This document shows positions 13,010 to 29,199 of a DNA stretch of 64,000 bases, piece after piece. Numbering within the stretch: the stretch's first letter is position 1; each line of letters starts with the position of its first letter. Both the position numbers and the translations under genes were made by a program. The notes below the pieces were generated by a model. That model searched no databases. It saw nothing but the letters and a program-made list of their open reading frames with translations, and had not been told where the DNA came from. The DNA is from Eledone cirrhosa (lineage: Eukaryota): positions 55,676,001 through 55,740,000 of the forward strand of contig OZ024745.1 in assembly GCA_964016885.1 (NCBI GenBank), read 5' to 3'.

Positions 13010-14577
13010 AGGGTGCCCAGCAACAGTCAGGAACTAGAGAAAAACACAATGGAAAGCATCCAGCAAATAGCAAACTCCATCCACCAGAGCATTAGAGTTA
13101 CTATAGACTACCCAAGTAGACATCCCAACCTTCGATTACCTGTACTAGACACAGAGCTCTGGTTAGATACCATTAACAACCAAAAACAAATCCTCCATTC
13201 CCATTATGCCAAACCCATGACTTCCAAACATCTGATCCACCGAAACTCGGCCATTTTGGACCATACCAAAATCAACATACTGATTGCGGATTTGGTACGG
13301 GTGATGAGAAATGTGTCCCGCATGTGCAACCCCGAAGAACTAGCGAGACACATACAACACTTCATCCACCGTATGCAGTTCTCTGGCTACAATCAGAGAG
13401 ATAGAATCAGAGTGTATAGAGGAGCCAGAACCAAATGGGAAAAAAATGGTAAATAATGACATAAATGGGACCTGCCCCTTGTATAGGAGCAAATTTTGGA
13501 ATAGAATAGAAAGAACTAGGAACAAGGCCAATAGAATAAACTCATGGTATGATAGCAATAAATACCAGAGTGTAATGTTCATCAATACAACCCCTAGAGG
13601 CGAACTAGCCTACAAATTTAGAAGGGTCCTAAATAAACATAAACTCAATATTAAGATAGTAGAAAGACCAGGTACCTCCATAAAAACACTTATTAGCAAG
13701 ACATACCCGTTCCAAAGACCCTCATGTATAGATAAGAAATGTATAACCTGTAAAATAAGCCCCCATATTAACTGTAAAACTAGAAATGTAGTGTATAGCA
13801 TAAGATGTACTGAAGGACAATGCTGAAACAAAAATATAGCGTACATAGGTGAGACAGCTCGTAGTATAGGGGAACGGATAAATGAACACTGGCGAGACCT
13901 TCAAGATAATAAAGAATCATCTGTACTCTACCAACATGCTAAGATAGAACACAAGTGTAAATTAGAGAACATAGAAATAAAAATAGAATCCACACACAGA
14001 AAAGATGCAATGTTTAGGCAAATTACAGAGGCAGTAAGCATAAAAGAATTACAACCAAAATTAAATAGAAAATATGAGTGGAACAGCAACATCACAACTT
14101 ACAATTAAGGACAAAATGAAAACACACACACACACATAGAACAAACAACCAACCAACAACATGTAAATAAATAAACAAATAAATAAATGAACACAAACAC
14201 ACACATACACCCGGATGTGGCGCATGCGCAAACTGAGCACACAACACACACACAGAAACAAAATGGCGTAGGACAGAAGAAAGGAAAGGTACAGAAACAA
14301 AGATAGGAATCCCCAGTCACTGAAGAGGTCACAGAGTGTGTGACGAAAGGACTATGACTATATATAAACAACTATCTGGTTGTGGAACCAACCAACCAAC
14401 CAGAAATTTATAAGTTTGTAGATTTGTAAATTTATAAATTTATAAATATATAATAAATTGAAGTGAAAGCAACTGGTGCGTGTGTTTCTTATTGGCAACA
14501 TGACCCTCCCAAAGTATAACAAAATCGGTTTCAACACACGATTTCAGATAAAGAATCTTGCTAAACAAATTCAGAAA

Positions 14578-14580
<3 letters not shown>
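13010..14580 (+). mobile_element. 5'-truncated Penelope-like element (family A, probably Naiad-like): RT thumb, GIY-YIG endonuclease and 3' UTR
   Basis: TIDYPSRH..LPVLDTELW..HYAKPM thumb; CxxxxCxxC linker; NVVYSIRC..YIGETARS..R..EH..RQITEA..LNRKYEW; frameshift in A-run at ~13440, in-frame TGA at 13824, stop at 14108; ends in (TA)n. Confidence 0.9.
14315..14359 (+). ncRNA. Hammerhead ribozyme motif, PLE family A 3' UTR
   Basis: agtca-CTGAAGA-g-gtcaca(loop)tgtgac-GAAA-ggac-TA-tgact. Confidence 0.7.
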
Positions 14581-14627
<47 letters not shown>

Positions 14628-14836
14628 GGTTGTAACTTTATATATATATGAAAACAGGAAGAAAGAGACGATTATTAGGAAGAAAAATATGTTGTTTTCC
14701 TTTTTAGTTTCTCTCTCTCACTTTGCTGTGTTAGAAAATTATTAAAACGAAATGTTTTACTTTGTGTCAAGTGTTAAGGTATTAGTTTATTTATTTATTT
14801 TTAACAATGACATTTATTTATATATTTAATTATTGT

Positions 14837-14874
14837 ATATTACCGGTTTCAGCATTTTTATGCATTATCAAATG
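14837..14874 (-). ncRNA. Degenerate hammerhead-like motif (U3-A8 type)
   Basis: Minus strand: cat-TTGATAA-tgcat(aaaa)atgct-GAAAC-cg-GTA-atat; stem I is weak. Confidence 0.45.
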
Positions 14875-14952
14875 ATAGTGAAATGTATTAGTGTGGTGTC
14901 GCACATGTTAAACAGGAGGTGCAGAAAGAATATTGTTATTTACAAACATGTT

Positions 14953-15427
<475 letters not shown>

Positions 15428-16610
15428 TGAAAGACGTAAAATAAGAACATTTTAAAAATTAAAAATTAACTTACTTACTAAAATTTTCCCTCCAGCTAAT
15501 TAGTTTCTGTAATGGGATAAAGATAGTTACGTAATGTAACTGTCGAGAATTCATTACGTCATCAGGGAGTCTATTCTCAGCTAAGTCTCCAGGCAATGCG
15601 CGGACACTAGGGACTCATATAAAAATAATAATAATTCGGTGGATGGAACAGCTAGCGGGGACTAAATTCCAAAGCACTGAAAAAGTTCACTGTCTCTGGT
15701 CAAATGGCAGATTCTAAAGAATCAATCACGTGACACTGAGGCTAATCGGAAGGAGTGGGGTGGTAAAATGATAAAAGCCTACTACCACTACAATAAGTTA
15801 GCAGTGGATTTGGCAGGTTTGCTCAACAAATAAATAATTTGGAGATAAATATAGAGAAATAGTATATTTACCGACATATGCGTACAGATGTACACTAATG
15901 CTAGCAAATACATAAGTTATGTCATAGTACCTAGGTGGTTCAATGCAGGAGGATGCAGAACAATTATATGAAAGACGTAAAATAAGAAAATTTTAAAAAT
16001 TAAAAATTAACTTACTTACTAAAATTTTCACTCCAACTAATTAGTTTCTGTAATGGGATAAAGATAGTAACGCAATGTAACTGTCGAGAATTCATTACGT
16101 CACCAGGGAGTCTATTCTCAGCTAAGTCTCCAGGCAATGCGCGGACACTAGGGACTCATATAAAAATAATAATAATTCGGTGGATGGAACAGCTAGCGGG
16201 GACTGATTTCCAAAGCACTGAAAAAGTTCACTGTCTCTGGTCAAATGGCAGATTCTAAAGAATCAATCACGTGACACTGAGGCTAGTCGGAAGGAGTGGG
16301 GTGGTAAAATGACAAAAGCCTACTACCACTACAATAAGTTAGTAGTGGATTTGGCAGGTTGGCTCAAAAATAAATAATTTGGAGATAAATATAGAGAATT
16401 AGTATATTTACCGACATATGCGTACAGATTTACACTAATGCTAGCAAATACATAAGTTATGCCATAGTACCTAGGTGGTTCAATGCAGGAGGATGCAGAA
16501 CAATTATATGAAAGACGTAAAATAAGAAAATTTAAAAAATTAAAAATTAACTTACTAAAATGTTCACTCCAACTAATTAGTTTCTGTAATGGGATAAAGA
16601 TAGTTACGCA

Positions 16611-16612
<2 letters not shown>
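15428..16612 (-). mobile_element. ~540-bp tandem repeat (2.2 units) carrying HHR motifs; retrozyme-like or PLE pLTR-like
   Basis: Units start at 15428, 15969 and 16509; minus-strand HHR motifs at 15490-15569 and 16031-16110; bounded by (TA)n; no credible coding region. Confidence 0.75.
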
Positions 16613-16662
<50 letters not shown>

Positions 16663-16665
<3 letters not shown>

Positions 16666-16868
16666 AAATGTGATGATCCCGACGGCAGAGCTCAAACCGT
16701 TTCGATTCGACGGCTATATCTGGACTCAAATAGTCTAGAAATAGCCGTCGAAACGGCTTGAGCTCTGCCGTCGGGGTCATATTTATTCCTATTTCACACT
16801 CTACTGCCCTAAGTATTCAGTACCCTTGTGCGTTATGGCCCATCTGGTTCCTTACCACAATTCCTTTG

Positions 16869-16870
<2 letters not shown>
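16663..16870. repeat. Short fold-back insertion (~50-bp arms plus ~80-nt extension) in (TA)n
   Basis: GATCCCGACGGCAGAGCTCAAACCGTTTCGA pairs with TCGAAACGGCTTGAGCTCTGCCGTCGGGGTC. Confidence 0.85.
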
Positions 16871-16906
<36 letters not shown>

Positions 16907-16912
<6 letters not shown>

Positions 16913-19900
16913 AAGTTAAAGTTAAATAAAAAGTTAAATGTTTAAAATTTAGCTTCATTTATTACTGCTATATATATTTAAGTGACAGCCATCTTTGGCT
17001 GTGACCTCTTCAGGCAGTTTGACTTAGTATGGTATAGACAAGTACATATGTTGTTGAGGTGTATACTATTGTCAATACTCTGATATGCCCAGTTCCTGGT
17101 TGGGTTGTTATTTCACTGAGGAACTGGAATCATATGAATTCAAACAAACGAATTTCAGTGTCAAAGGGCCTCTTCTCCTCTCATTGGTCAGTTATTAGAA
17201 CATTCCTCATTCTAAGTGTTGTTATTGTTGGAGTTAGCTTAAAAAATTGATAAAATGGTAGAAGGGACAAGATGTTAAAGGAACAAAATAACAAAAAAGG
17301 TGTCAAACTTCCCATTGGTCAGTTCTGAGAGCATTCCTCAGTCAGAAGTCTATAGAATTCTTTCTGGGGTGAGGCTCCCTGTAGTCTTTGTGTTTGCTAT
17401 TGTTAAGTACATTTGACCTCTATCATTATTTTGGTAGTGTTGTTGGTGTTGTGGTCAGCTTATGTCTTGTTGCTGCTGACAATTTAGAAGTATCCAGTGT
17501 GTGTTTTTTCTTCATCCCTCCTACCACCATCTCTCATAGTGGTGGTGGTGGTGGGGGGGATTATTCCATGTATATGAAGAAATATAAGGCAATAAATGAA
17601 GAAAACAGAAAATAAATATTATAATAAAATAATTAATATAATTTGTATAATTTGAAAATAAATAAATAGAGAGTAAAGAATAAAGAATAAATGAAAAATT
17701 GATGAAAAAGTAATGAAAATGAATATGGAGAAGTGAAAAATAATGTAGGATAAAGTGTGTGTGTGCTATAACCAATCTCAAAGTCAGAAATATGTTGGAT
17801 AGATGAGGACAAGATGTTAAAATAAGATATTCAAACTAAATGTGTTTATGTTATAATCAATCTCAACTTAAAAATAAATATAAGGTGATACAGTGAAGAG
17901 GGCAGAAAACAAATAACAAATAATAAATTAATAAAGAGAAATCAAGATTTAAAATTGGAACTTGAAAATCAGAAATCTAGTAAATTAAAAAGTGTTTGTG
18001 TTATATAGATGTTGGCAAAATTATAATGGCTGTGTCCGATTCAATCTCTAGGCTATCATGGTGTCTGCTCAGCCTGGGTTGTTCCCTATGGGTTGAGGGG
18101 AGTTCACAACCTAGGGTGTTGTTACTGCCCATATAGCTTGAGGGAGGTCTGGCCGAGAAGTGTTTCCATGTTAGGTAGAAGTCCCTATAGCTTGAGGGGA
18201 GTTCACATCTTCTTGTGTTGCTACTGTCCATATATCTTGAGAAAGGTCCCGGCTCTAAGATGTCTGGATGTCCCGAAGAAGTCGGTTCTGAGGTTTATCA
18301 GGCCGCTTCCACCTCTTAGTATCTCGAGGGTCTCGTTCAGGCATAGTTTGCATATGCAAGAGCCCCCTTTATCGAGTAGTACTTTCCTGATTATGTACCA
18401 GGCCAGAGAGTATGGGGTCCTGTCCAGCTTAAGCTTCCAGATCAGGTCGGAGAGAGCCGTGCTTTTCATTTTGGCCTCCTCATTGAATGAATGACGATGG
18501 TTGTTCCAGCGGTCTTTAAAGCTCGTTGATGTGGCTCCTATGTAGAGGTGTTCGGAGTTGGGGGTTTTAACCTTACAACCGTATACTAGGTTCTTCTTGA
18601 GGCATTCATTACCAAGGGGGCATGATTCTGGGTTTCTGCAGTTTCTGAGGGTGGTCGGCCTCTGCGTGCCTAGATTAGGGTTCCCGTTATGTGTTACATG
18701 TTGGTCTTCCCCCAGGCTCGGTGGGGGGTCCCCGGGTCTGTTTGGGTTTCTTGGGTGGGCTCTGGGTTCTGCTGAGTGTTTGTATTGCCATCTTCTGGTT
18801 GTGTGTGGTTTTTAAGCCTACTTCTGTTGATGCTAGCTATGTGTTGGGCCAGATTTCTCGTGGTGGAATACGAGAGCTTCACAGTGTGTCTGTTGAAGAT
18901 CCTGTGGTATCTGTGGTCCCTCGGGAAGCATTTGTCAAGTGCTCCAAAGAATGATCGGGCCAAGCTTTTCTTTAGGGCCGCTGAGTAGGGTGGGTTGTAC
19001 CACGTTAATTTTCGGTGTCTCCTCCTATATGTGTGGGTCGGGGGCGTCGTGATTTGTTGGAGATTTGTTGGGTTGCTGGTGGTTTCCGCACTGTTGCTTC
19101 CCCTTTGGGCTCTAAGCTTTTTGTTATCTTCGCGGCCCGAATCTGTGGGGTGGTCGTTGCCCGCCCTGGGAGATCCATCGTGGGGTGGTCGCCCGTTCCC
19201 CCCCCCCTACGTGTCCTGCGGTTGGAGTCGTCTGTTCTGGGGTGGTTAGCGTCACGCCTGAGACTGCTACTCATATTGTGCTTCATCTGGTGGTCAAGCG
19301 CACTAGTCACCACCGCCTGAGTGGTTTGTGTCGGGCACATGGTGCCTATTTGATTCTGCTCTGCCTGTATTGTTAGGATCCACCCCCCTCGGGCAACGCG
19401 GGTGTGGGTGTCTGTTGGGCTATCCCCATCCCGGTGTTTCGGACTATATGTTATATTTTGGCCATGTGCCGCCTTCTTTAGAGCTGCGTTGTAATATTCC
19501 GCGTGGTTATTGAATATTTCCTTACTTGCGGACAGGCTGGAGATCCTGTCCGAGACACTCTTCACCCCTGCCTTGGTTATGGATCTAGGGTGGTTTCATT
19601 TGGCGTTAAAATATACGAGTTTCTCGTTGTGCTTGTGGTAGGGGTAGTAAGCTGGACAGGACCCCATACTCTCTGGCCTGGTACATAATCAGGAAAGTAC
19701 TACTCGATAAAGGGGGCTCTTGCATATGCAAACTATGCCTGAACGAGACCCTCGAGATACTAAGAGGTGGAAGCGGCCTGATAAACCTCAGAACCGACTT
19801 CTTCGGAACATGCATACACCTTAGAGCCGGGACCTTTCTCAAGATATATGGACAGTAGCAACACAGGAAGATGTGAACTCCTCTCAAGCTATAGGGACTT

Positions 19901-21185
19901 CTACAGAACATGGAAACACCTCTCGGCCAGACCTCCCACAAGCTATATGGGCAGTAACAACACCCTAGGTTGTGAACTCCCCTCAAGCCATAGGGGAAAC
20001 CCAGGCTGAGCAGACACCATGATAGCCTAGAAATTGAATGGGACACAGCCATTATAATTTTGCCAAGATCTATATAACACAAACACTTTTTAATTTACTA
20101 GATTTCTGATTTTCAAGTTTCAATTTTAAATCTTGATTTCTCTTTATTAATTTGTTATTTGTTATTTGTTTTCTGCCCTCTTCACTGTATCACCTTATAT
20201 TTAATTTTAATTTGAGATTGATTATAACATAAACACATTTAGTTTGATTATCTTATTTTAACATCTTGTCCTCATACCAATCTATCCAACATATTTCTTA
20301 CCTTGACATTTGTTATAGCACACACACACTTTTTTATTTTTCACTTTTCCATATTCATTTTCATTACTTTTTCACCAATTTTTCATTTATTCTCTATTCT
20401 TTATTCTTTATTCTTTATTCTCTATTTATTTATTTTCAAATTATACAAATTATATTAATTATTTTATTATATTATTTATTTTCTGTTTTCTTCATTTATT
20501 GCCTTATATTTCTTCATATACATGGAAGATGGTGGCAGGAGGGATGAAGAAAAAACACACACTGGATACTTCTAAATTGTTAGCAGCAGCAAGATATAAG
20601 CTGACCACAACACCAACAACATTACCAAAATAATGGTAGAGGTCAAATGTACTTAAGAATAGCAAACACAAAGACTACAGCGAGCCTCACCCCAAAAGAA
20701 TTCTATAGTCTTCTGACTGAGGAATGCTCTCAGAACTGACCAATGGGAAGTTTGACACCTTTTTTGTTATTTTGTTCCTTTAACACCTTGTCCCTTCTAC
20801 CATTTTATACATTTTTTAAGCTAACTCCAACAATAACAACACTTAGAATGAGGAATGTTCTAATAACTGACCAATGAGAGGAGAAGAGGCCCTTTGACAC
20901 ATAAATTCGTTTGTTTGAACTCATATGATTCCAGTTCCTCAGTGAAATAACAACCCAACCAGGAACTGGGCATATCAGAGTATTGACAATATTATACACC
21001 TCAACAACATATCTACTTGTCTATACCATACTAATTCAAACTGCCTGAAGAGGTCACAGCCAAACATGGCTGTCACTGAAAAATATATATAGCAGTAATA
21101 AACGAAGCTAAATTTTAAACATTTAACTTTTTATTGAACTTTAACTTTATTTTACATTACTCCGGAGTAACGAAACCAACCAACC
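16907..21185 (-). mobile_element. 5'-truncated PLE (family C) with an inverted copy of its own 3' ~1.5 kb
   Basis: Minus-strand broken ORF 19647-18221 (YHK..NHP..VSDRISSLS..YYNAAL, WYNPPYS, NLVYGC..YIGAT, CKLC); arms 16907-18431 and 19648-21154 are reverse complements. Confidence 0.9.
21040..21096 (+). ncRNA. Hammerhead ribozyme motif, PLE family C 3' end (mirror copy 16964-17018, minus strand)
   Basis: actgc-CTGAAGA-ggtcacagcca(aaca)tggctgtcact-GAAA-aatatata-TA-gcagt then AATAAA; mirror copy has GAAA changed to TAAA. Confidence 0.75.
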
Positions 21186-21259
21186 AAACAGATTTTGAGT
21201 ATATGTTGGTTGCATACTGAGGTGTTGGTATGCAACCAACATATACTCAAAATCTGTTT
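21186..21259. repeat. Perfect hairpin, 32-bp arms, 10-nt loop
   Basis: AAACAGATTTTGAGTATATGTTGGTTGCATAC / GTATGCAACCAACATATACTCAAAATCTGTTT. Confidence 0.9.
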
Positions 21260-21267
21260 CTCTCTGT

Positions 21268-21399
<132 letters not shown>

Positions 21400-21826
21400 G
21401 AGTTAAACAAGATTCAATGAGTATATCAAAGAATGAGTTTTACAGTAGATTGAAAGCACTCTACGAAAAATAATTTTCCAGAGTTATTAAAATACAATAT
21501 TAATTATTTCTAAATGTGAATCTTTCATGCGTTTACATTTTTTATCTCTTATTTGTAATATGTATGTAATTATATTTTGTAAGTTTTTAAATATACCTAC
21601 CGCATTTTTATATCCATGATTCAAATATAGAGCAAATATCCAAACTATAAATTATTATAGACCTTATTTTGAACTCTGAATTATCCATGCATTTATTATT
21701 GTTTTTCTTATATATATGTATGTATTTAACTGTAACATGTCGAATTTTACTATATAAAATTATAACCGTTATCATTTACCTAAAGTATACTGTATCACTC
21801 ATACCTAATATATATCCATATATACT

Positions 21827-22167
21827 GGAGGCACATATATATCCATATATAATGGATGCCATTGGCCTTGCAATCGAAAGGTTGTGAGTTCAATTCACAG
21901 ACCGGGTGATGTGTTGTTTCCTTGAGCAAGGCACTTTATTTCACATTGCTCCAGTTTACTCAGCTGTAGAAATGAGATTATATGGACTGGAGTCCCTATC
22001 ATTCCACTGCATAGTGGTCGTGGAGGTGCCACGCAAAAAAGCACCCAGCACACACTGTAAATGAGGTTGGTGTTAGGAAGTGCATCCAGCTGTAGAATCA
22101 AGCCAGAATCAATTCCCGTTCCACCCTTGCAAGCAGGGAAAAGTGGACGTAAAATGAAATGATGATA
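21827..22167 (+). mobile_element. tRNA-derived SINE with RTE-related tail
   Basis: B-box GTTCAATTC, core TCCTTGAGCAAGGCACTT, tail GTTAGGAAG.GCATCCAGC...GGACGTAAAATGA..TGATGAT. Confidence 0.75.
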
Positions 22168-23076
22168 TACCTCCCTGTATCTTTCTATACATAATTTTTA
22201 GTTAACTTCTAAAGTTCTTGATTATTATTTATTTTGAACTATGAATAATTAATGCATTTACATATAAAGGTATATATTTAACTTTAGCATGCCTCAATCT
22301 ATTATTTTATTTTTATTTTCGTTATCATTTGCCTAAAATATACTGGCTCATTAATATATATCTATATACATAATCGTTATTTAAATATTTCTAACAATAA
22401 GTACTTCATAAGCTTTACATACCGAATATGTTGACATTGATTATCTTCGTTAAAGTTTACATTTAGGAAAATATTCAACAGTGTAAACTTTCCTTTTCGC
22501 TGGCCAGCTAAATCCTTTAAATGTTATCCTCATAACATTCAGAAGTTTAGAAATGTGAACACACTTATAGAATTTACAAAACTACTGAATATAAATAACC
22601 AGCAATTTAAAAAAAAAAACTCAAATCTTGATTCTTCACCCTAAAATAGCATAAATTAAATATTTTCAAACTTAACCGTTTAACTTTCGGAAAATCTCAT
22701 TATGCATATATTAACCCCCTTATTTTTCCCTTTCTATAAATCATATTTCAGTGGCTCTCATTGACTGTTATAATTCATGGGATGTTTGACTAGATAAACA
22801 TAACTTATAGTATACATACATTTTAAAATCTCTATAGCTGTCACATTAACCAACTGACACATTGTCTATTGAATTTATTACGTTTTCGCATTTTCTGATT
22901 ATTAGGGAATAAATGTTAAATTTTCTCTTAGGTTAATCAATGCCTTGATTAAATCTGAACCATTTAACATATCAGGGTATGTCATATATCATTATATTTT
23001 GTCTGATGATGACGTACTGTTGTACATCCGAAATATGTATAATAAAATGTAATTGACCAAAAGAACATCTATTTTA

Positions 23077-23661
<585 letters not shown>

Positions 23662-24447
23662 TATATATATATATATATATATATAATATGCATATATATA
23701 TATATATATATGTGATTGTGTGTGTATGTGTGTGTGTGTGATAGAAATAGGATAAATTGAAACGGATATAAGACAAAAGAGTAGTCGACAGTTAGGGTGA
23801 GAAAAAAAATGAATAGGAATAGGCGAATGATCACAAGAGATATACCCATCTATTCCAAACAAATATAACAATAAACCAATCACAAATTCAAAAAGGAATG
23901 GAAAACAGGATAAAAGCATATAAAATCGTGATGTTACTGCCCCTATATCACGATACTATAACTAATCAATTTTGTCTCAAATAGCTTAAACCTATCTTTA
24001 AGAGAAAGAAGAAATTAACATGACCCAATGCCTGTATCTGAATACTGATAACCGATAAACAAAATGCATGAAACGCAATAGGCTATCATATTAGATATCC
24101 CATTATGACAACATGTTGTTGCTTACTCTTGGGAAGCTAGTATTGGATTGAATTTAGCACTGCTGAATATGTTCTGCATTAGTTTCAAATCAGGCGTCAT
24201 TGGATCTATAGCAAATGCCTACTTGTAACCGCAGCAACAAAAATCCATAACATACATTGGTTTTCTCTGTTAGGCTTGTACTTCGGTTCGTCTGTCTATA
24301 AGTGTATATATCAGTCAATTTCTCTGTTATCGTGTCTATGTGAACGTATTTATTTGTTTGAAGAATGTCATTTACTGCAGTGATTATCCTAATTAAAATT
24401 GCATTTTAGTAAAGAATTATGACGCAAGTCAATATCATACATCACGC

Positions 24448-24485
<38 letters not shown>

Positions 24486-24518
24486 TTCATATAATATGAT
24501 GTGTGTGTCTACTCGAAC

Positions 24519-24552
<34 letters not shown>

Positions 24553-24566
24553 ATGTTTCGACTCGA

Positions 24567-24627
<61 letters not shown>

Positions 24628-24979
24628 CATGTGTATATCTATATGTATGTAAGCATATATATATATATGTATTAATTTCTTTAATATTTATTGCTGGTTA
24701 TTTTCTTATCGATATCATTACAAGGCAATTTGCAGGAGAAATGTTTGCATTATTGATTTTATTTGTATTACATTCCCAGCGTTGTATATTATGCCAATTG
24801 GAGAAATTGGAATTTGTATATATAAATATAAATATATATATATCAAGCATTTATTGGAATACACTTGTAACGCATTAACCTACTTTTCAATGATTTACAT
24901 CAATTACTTGTTTTATGTGTTCCTTCAATATATTTTACCACTAAACACAGTGTATATATATATATTTATACATCTGCAG

Positions 24980-26536
<1,557 letters not shown>

Positions 26537-27309
26537 GTGTGTGTGTGTGTATGCATACCAAGCAATATATTTTTCAATATAGGTATGAATATGTATATTC
26601 TTCACAATATGTTTTTTGTGTAATGATTTGATGCGCATATAAGCGTACATATGTATTTAAATATGGGTGTATAAAGATATGTTTATTGTATGTGTGTTCA
26701 TAGATAACTCTTGTACGAATAATTTTGCACACACAAGCATAGCCTTACAGCTACATACGAATATATAAGCAAATGTGTAGACATGCAATTTTTCAATATT
26801 AAAATCGGATATTGTAGAGTGTTGCCGACTTTCTTCCTCCTGATCTTATTGATTTCATTTTGCTTTTATTTCTTTAGAGCAAATAATTTTAAAATCGAAA
26901 TATATCAATATATTGAGGAGCAAAATTAATAAACTACGTAAGGTCTTTTTTGCATTTATGAAAGAAAAAAAACACGGAAAAATAATTTTATTATATTTGT
27001 TCATATCAATTGAAATAGTGTTTATTTTGCTTGGAATCTTGGATATATTGCTTTCACTTTCACAAGAAATGAAAATCCTTATTAATTGGTTTTATGAGAT
27101 ATATGGAAGCACAACACTAATAAACATGGATTTAATTTCAGACTCTGTTCATCGAAGCCATAATCAACTTTTAATCAAGTTTCAAATGAAAAATGCGGAA
27201 ACTGTTATATTTTCGCACGAGATTTATTCACATTCCTACTATATAATTAATTTTGCAGAACCATTTATGTTACCACGATATATCTTAATCAAAGTAGAAA
27301 CATACATGC

Positions 27310-27414
<105 letters not shown>

Positions 27415-29164
27415 GGGAATTGTGGGTGTGTGTGTGTGCATGAATGCACGTGTGTATATATCGGTATATCTGTGTTTGTGGGTATTTGTTAGTGTAAATA
27501 ACATAATTTTACCTAATATATATGTTGTTTCCTTACAAAAACCGTCCTACCAATTAAACACAACGTACTCAAATAAACAAACAAAAAACAGCACACAAAA
27601 TTCAAACATTTACTTAAATTAGATTGAAATTAAAGCGGTAATTAGAGGACGATCAGCATCGCGTCAAATTTACCCTCTGTATATTGTTTCAGAAGCGAAC
27701 GTCTCTGCTTCATTCGGATTGTGACCGCAGCAGAGATCATGTATATTATACAAAAATATTGTTAGGCCTCCTGTCAGTTGATTTTTTCCCTTAAAATCTG
27801 TCCAGCGATTCTTTCCTGAGACATTCCCGTAATATTGGTTTTGTGATATCTTAATTTGAAGAAGTAGCGTCTCTAGCAAGAGCGGCTCTCCGAAGAACAT
27901 TACAGGAAAGACCTGTCAGACGACCCCCCATTTCGGCTGCTTTCATGCGCAGTCGCATTGTTTCAGTCTTTACTCAAGATTCCATGAGTATAGGTAAAAT
28001 ACATATTGTGAGAACAATGTGTTCTTGAAATTCGAGTTGAGGCGTGAGTGTGTTAGAATTTATATAATAATGCGAAACACAACTCAAGAATAGCTGCCAA
28101 AACTGAAACTGTTTTGGCAGCTATCTTTGCGTTGATCTTCTCATTACATTTACTGACTAATGTCTTTTTTTTTACAATTTGATCAAGAACATCAATTGTT
28201 TGTTGCCATATGACTCGATTCTATGTACTTTGATTTCATACTACCGTTATATATCATTGCCTTTGAACGAGCATATGTAATATCCATCTTGAGAAATTCC
28301 TTTCTATATGTATTTAGATTGTCTTAAAACTTAAATTTCTTGTCTGGTTTATTATATATACTCACATAAAGATTTCAGGTACTTACTGCATGACTTTTTC
28401 TTTTTTTAGGTTATTCTCACAGGAGCTTGTTAAACTAGGTATATGTACTTAGTGAATGTCACATTTAGCACGATTTGAACCAGTGACCAATTGCCAATTT
28501 ATTGATCTCTGAACGATTCTCATGGTTCAGAGATCAATAAATGTTAAGTTTACATTTTAAAAATGCAAACGAGGGGACATCAATGGGAGAAAAACATCAT
28601 TCTATTTATCTATTAATTTTTATAATCAGCTTTAATATATTGAACAATGTTACAGATATGAAAAAGATATAGAGATTTACTAACAGCGGATTGTCGTTTC
28701 AATTACCATTAGAGATGTAGAATGTGTTTAAGATATATATCAATCACAGTTAATTAAAACTTAGAAAACTTGCAAGTGTACATTTATCTAAATTGAAAAT
28801 TGATTCCTGTTATATCCATTAAAACTCTTTAGAGAGTTTGTTTATATATCTTTATTCATCAAGTCTACTATTAATTTATTCCTATAATTATCGAGAAATA
28901 ACAGTGTTTGATGTTAAAGGTTCGACCATGGAACTTCAACTAATTACAATTAGTTGACTGCATTATAAACATTCATTGATATTGTCATCATACGTGTCTG
29001 TATGCCATCAAAATTGATGATTTTTGTTAAAGAACCTCTCACGTACGTTATAGCAAGATATGACCTCACAAATCATAAGTGGAATTTTCAATATTATTAC
29101 AAATACTTGAAATCCTTCTAGCTTACTGTTTACACACACACACACACACATACACCCAATGGAT

Positions 29165-29199
<35 letters not shown>

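Noticed and set aside
28410-28438. Possible 29-nt plus-strand micro-exon (ttttttag|...|gtatat)
   Set aside because: Splice-like signals are common by chance in AT-rich DNA; no partner exons.
28086-28541. Two small hairpins (28086-28128 and 28497-28542)
   Set aside because: Real but short (15-18 bp arms); cannot be assigned to a family or function.
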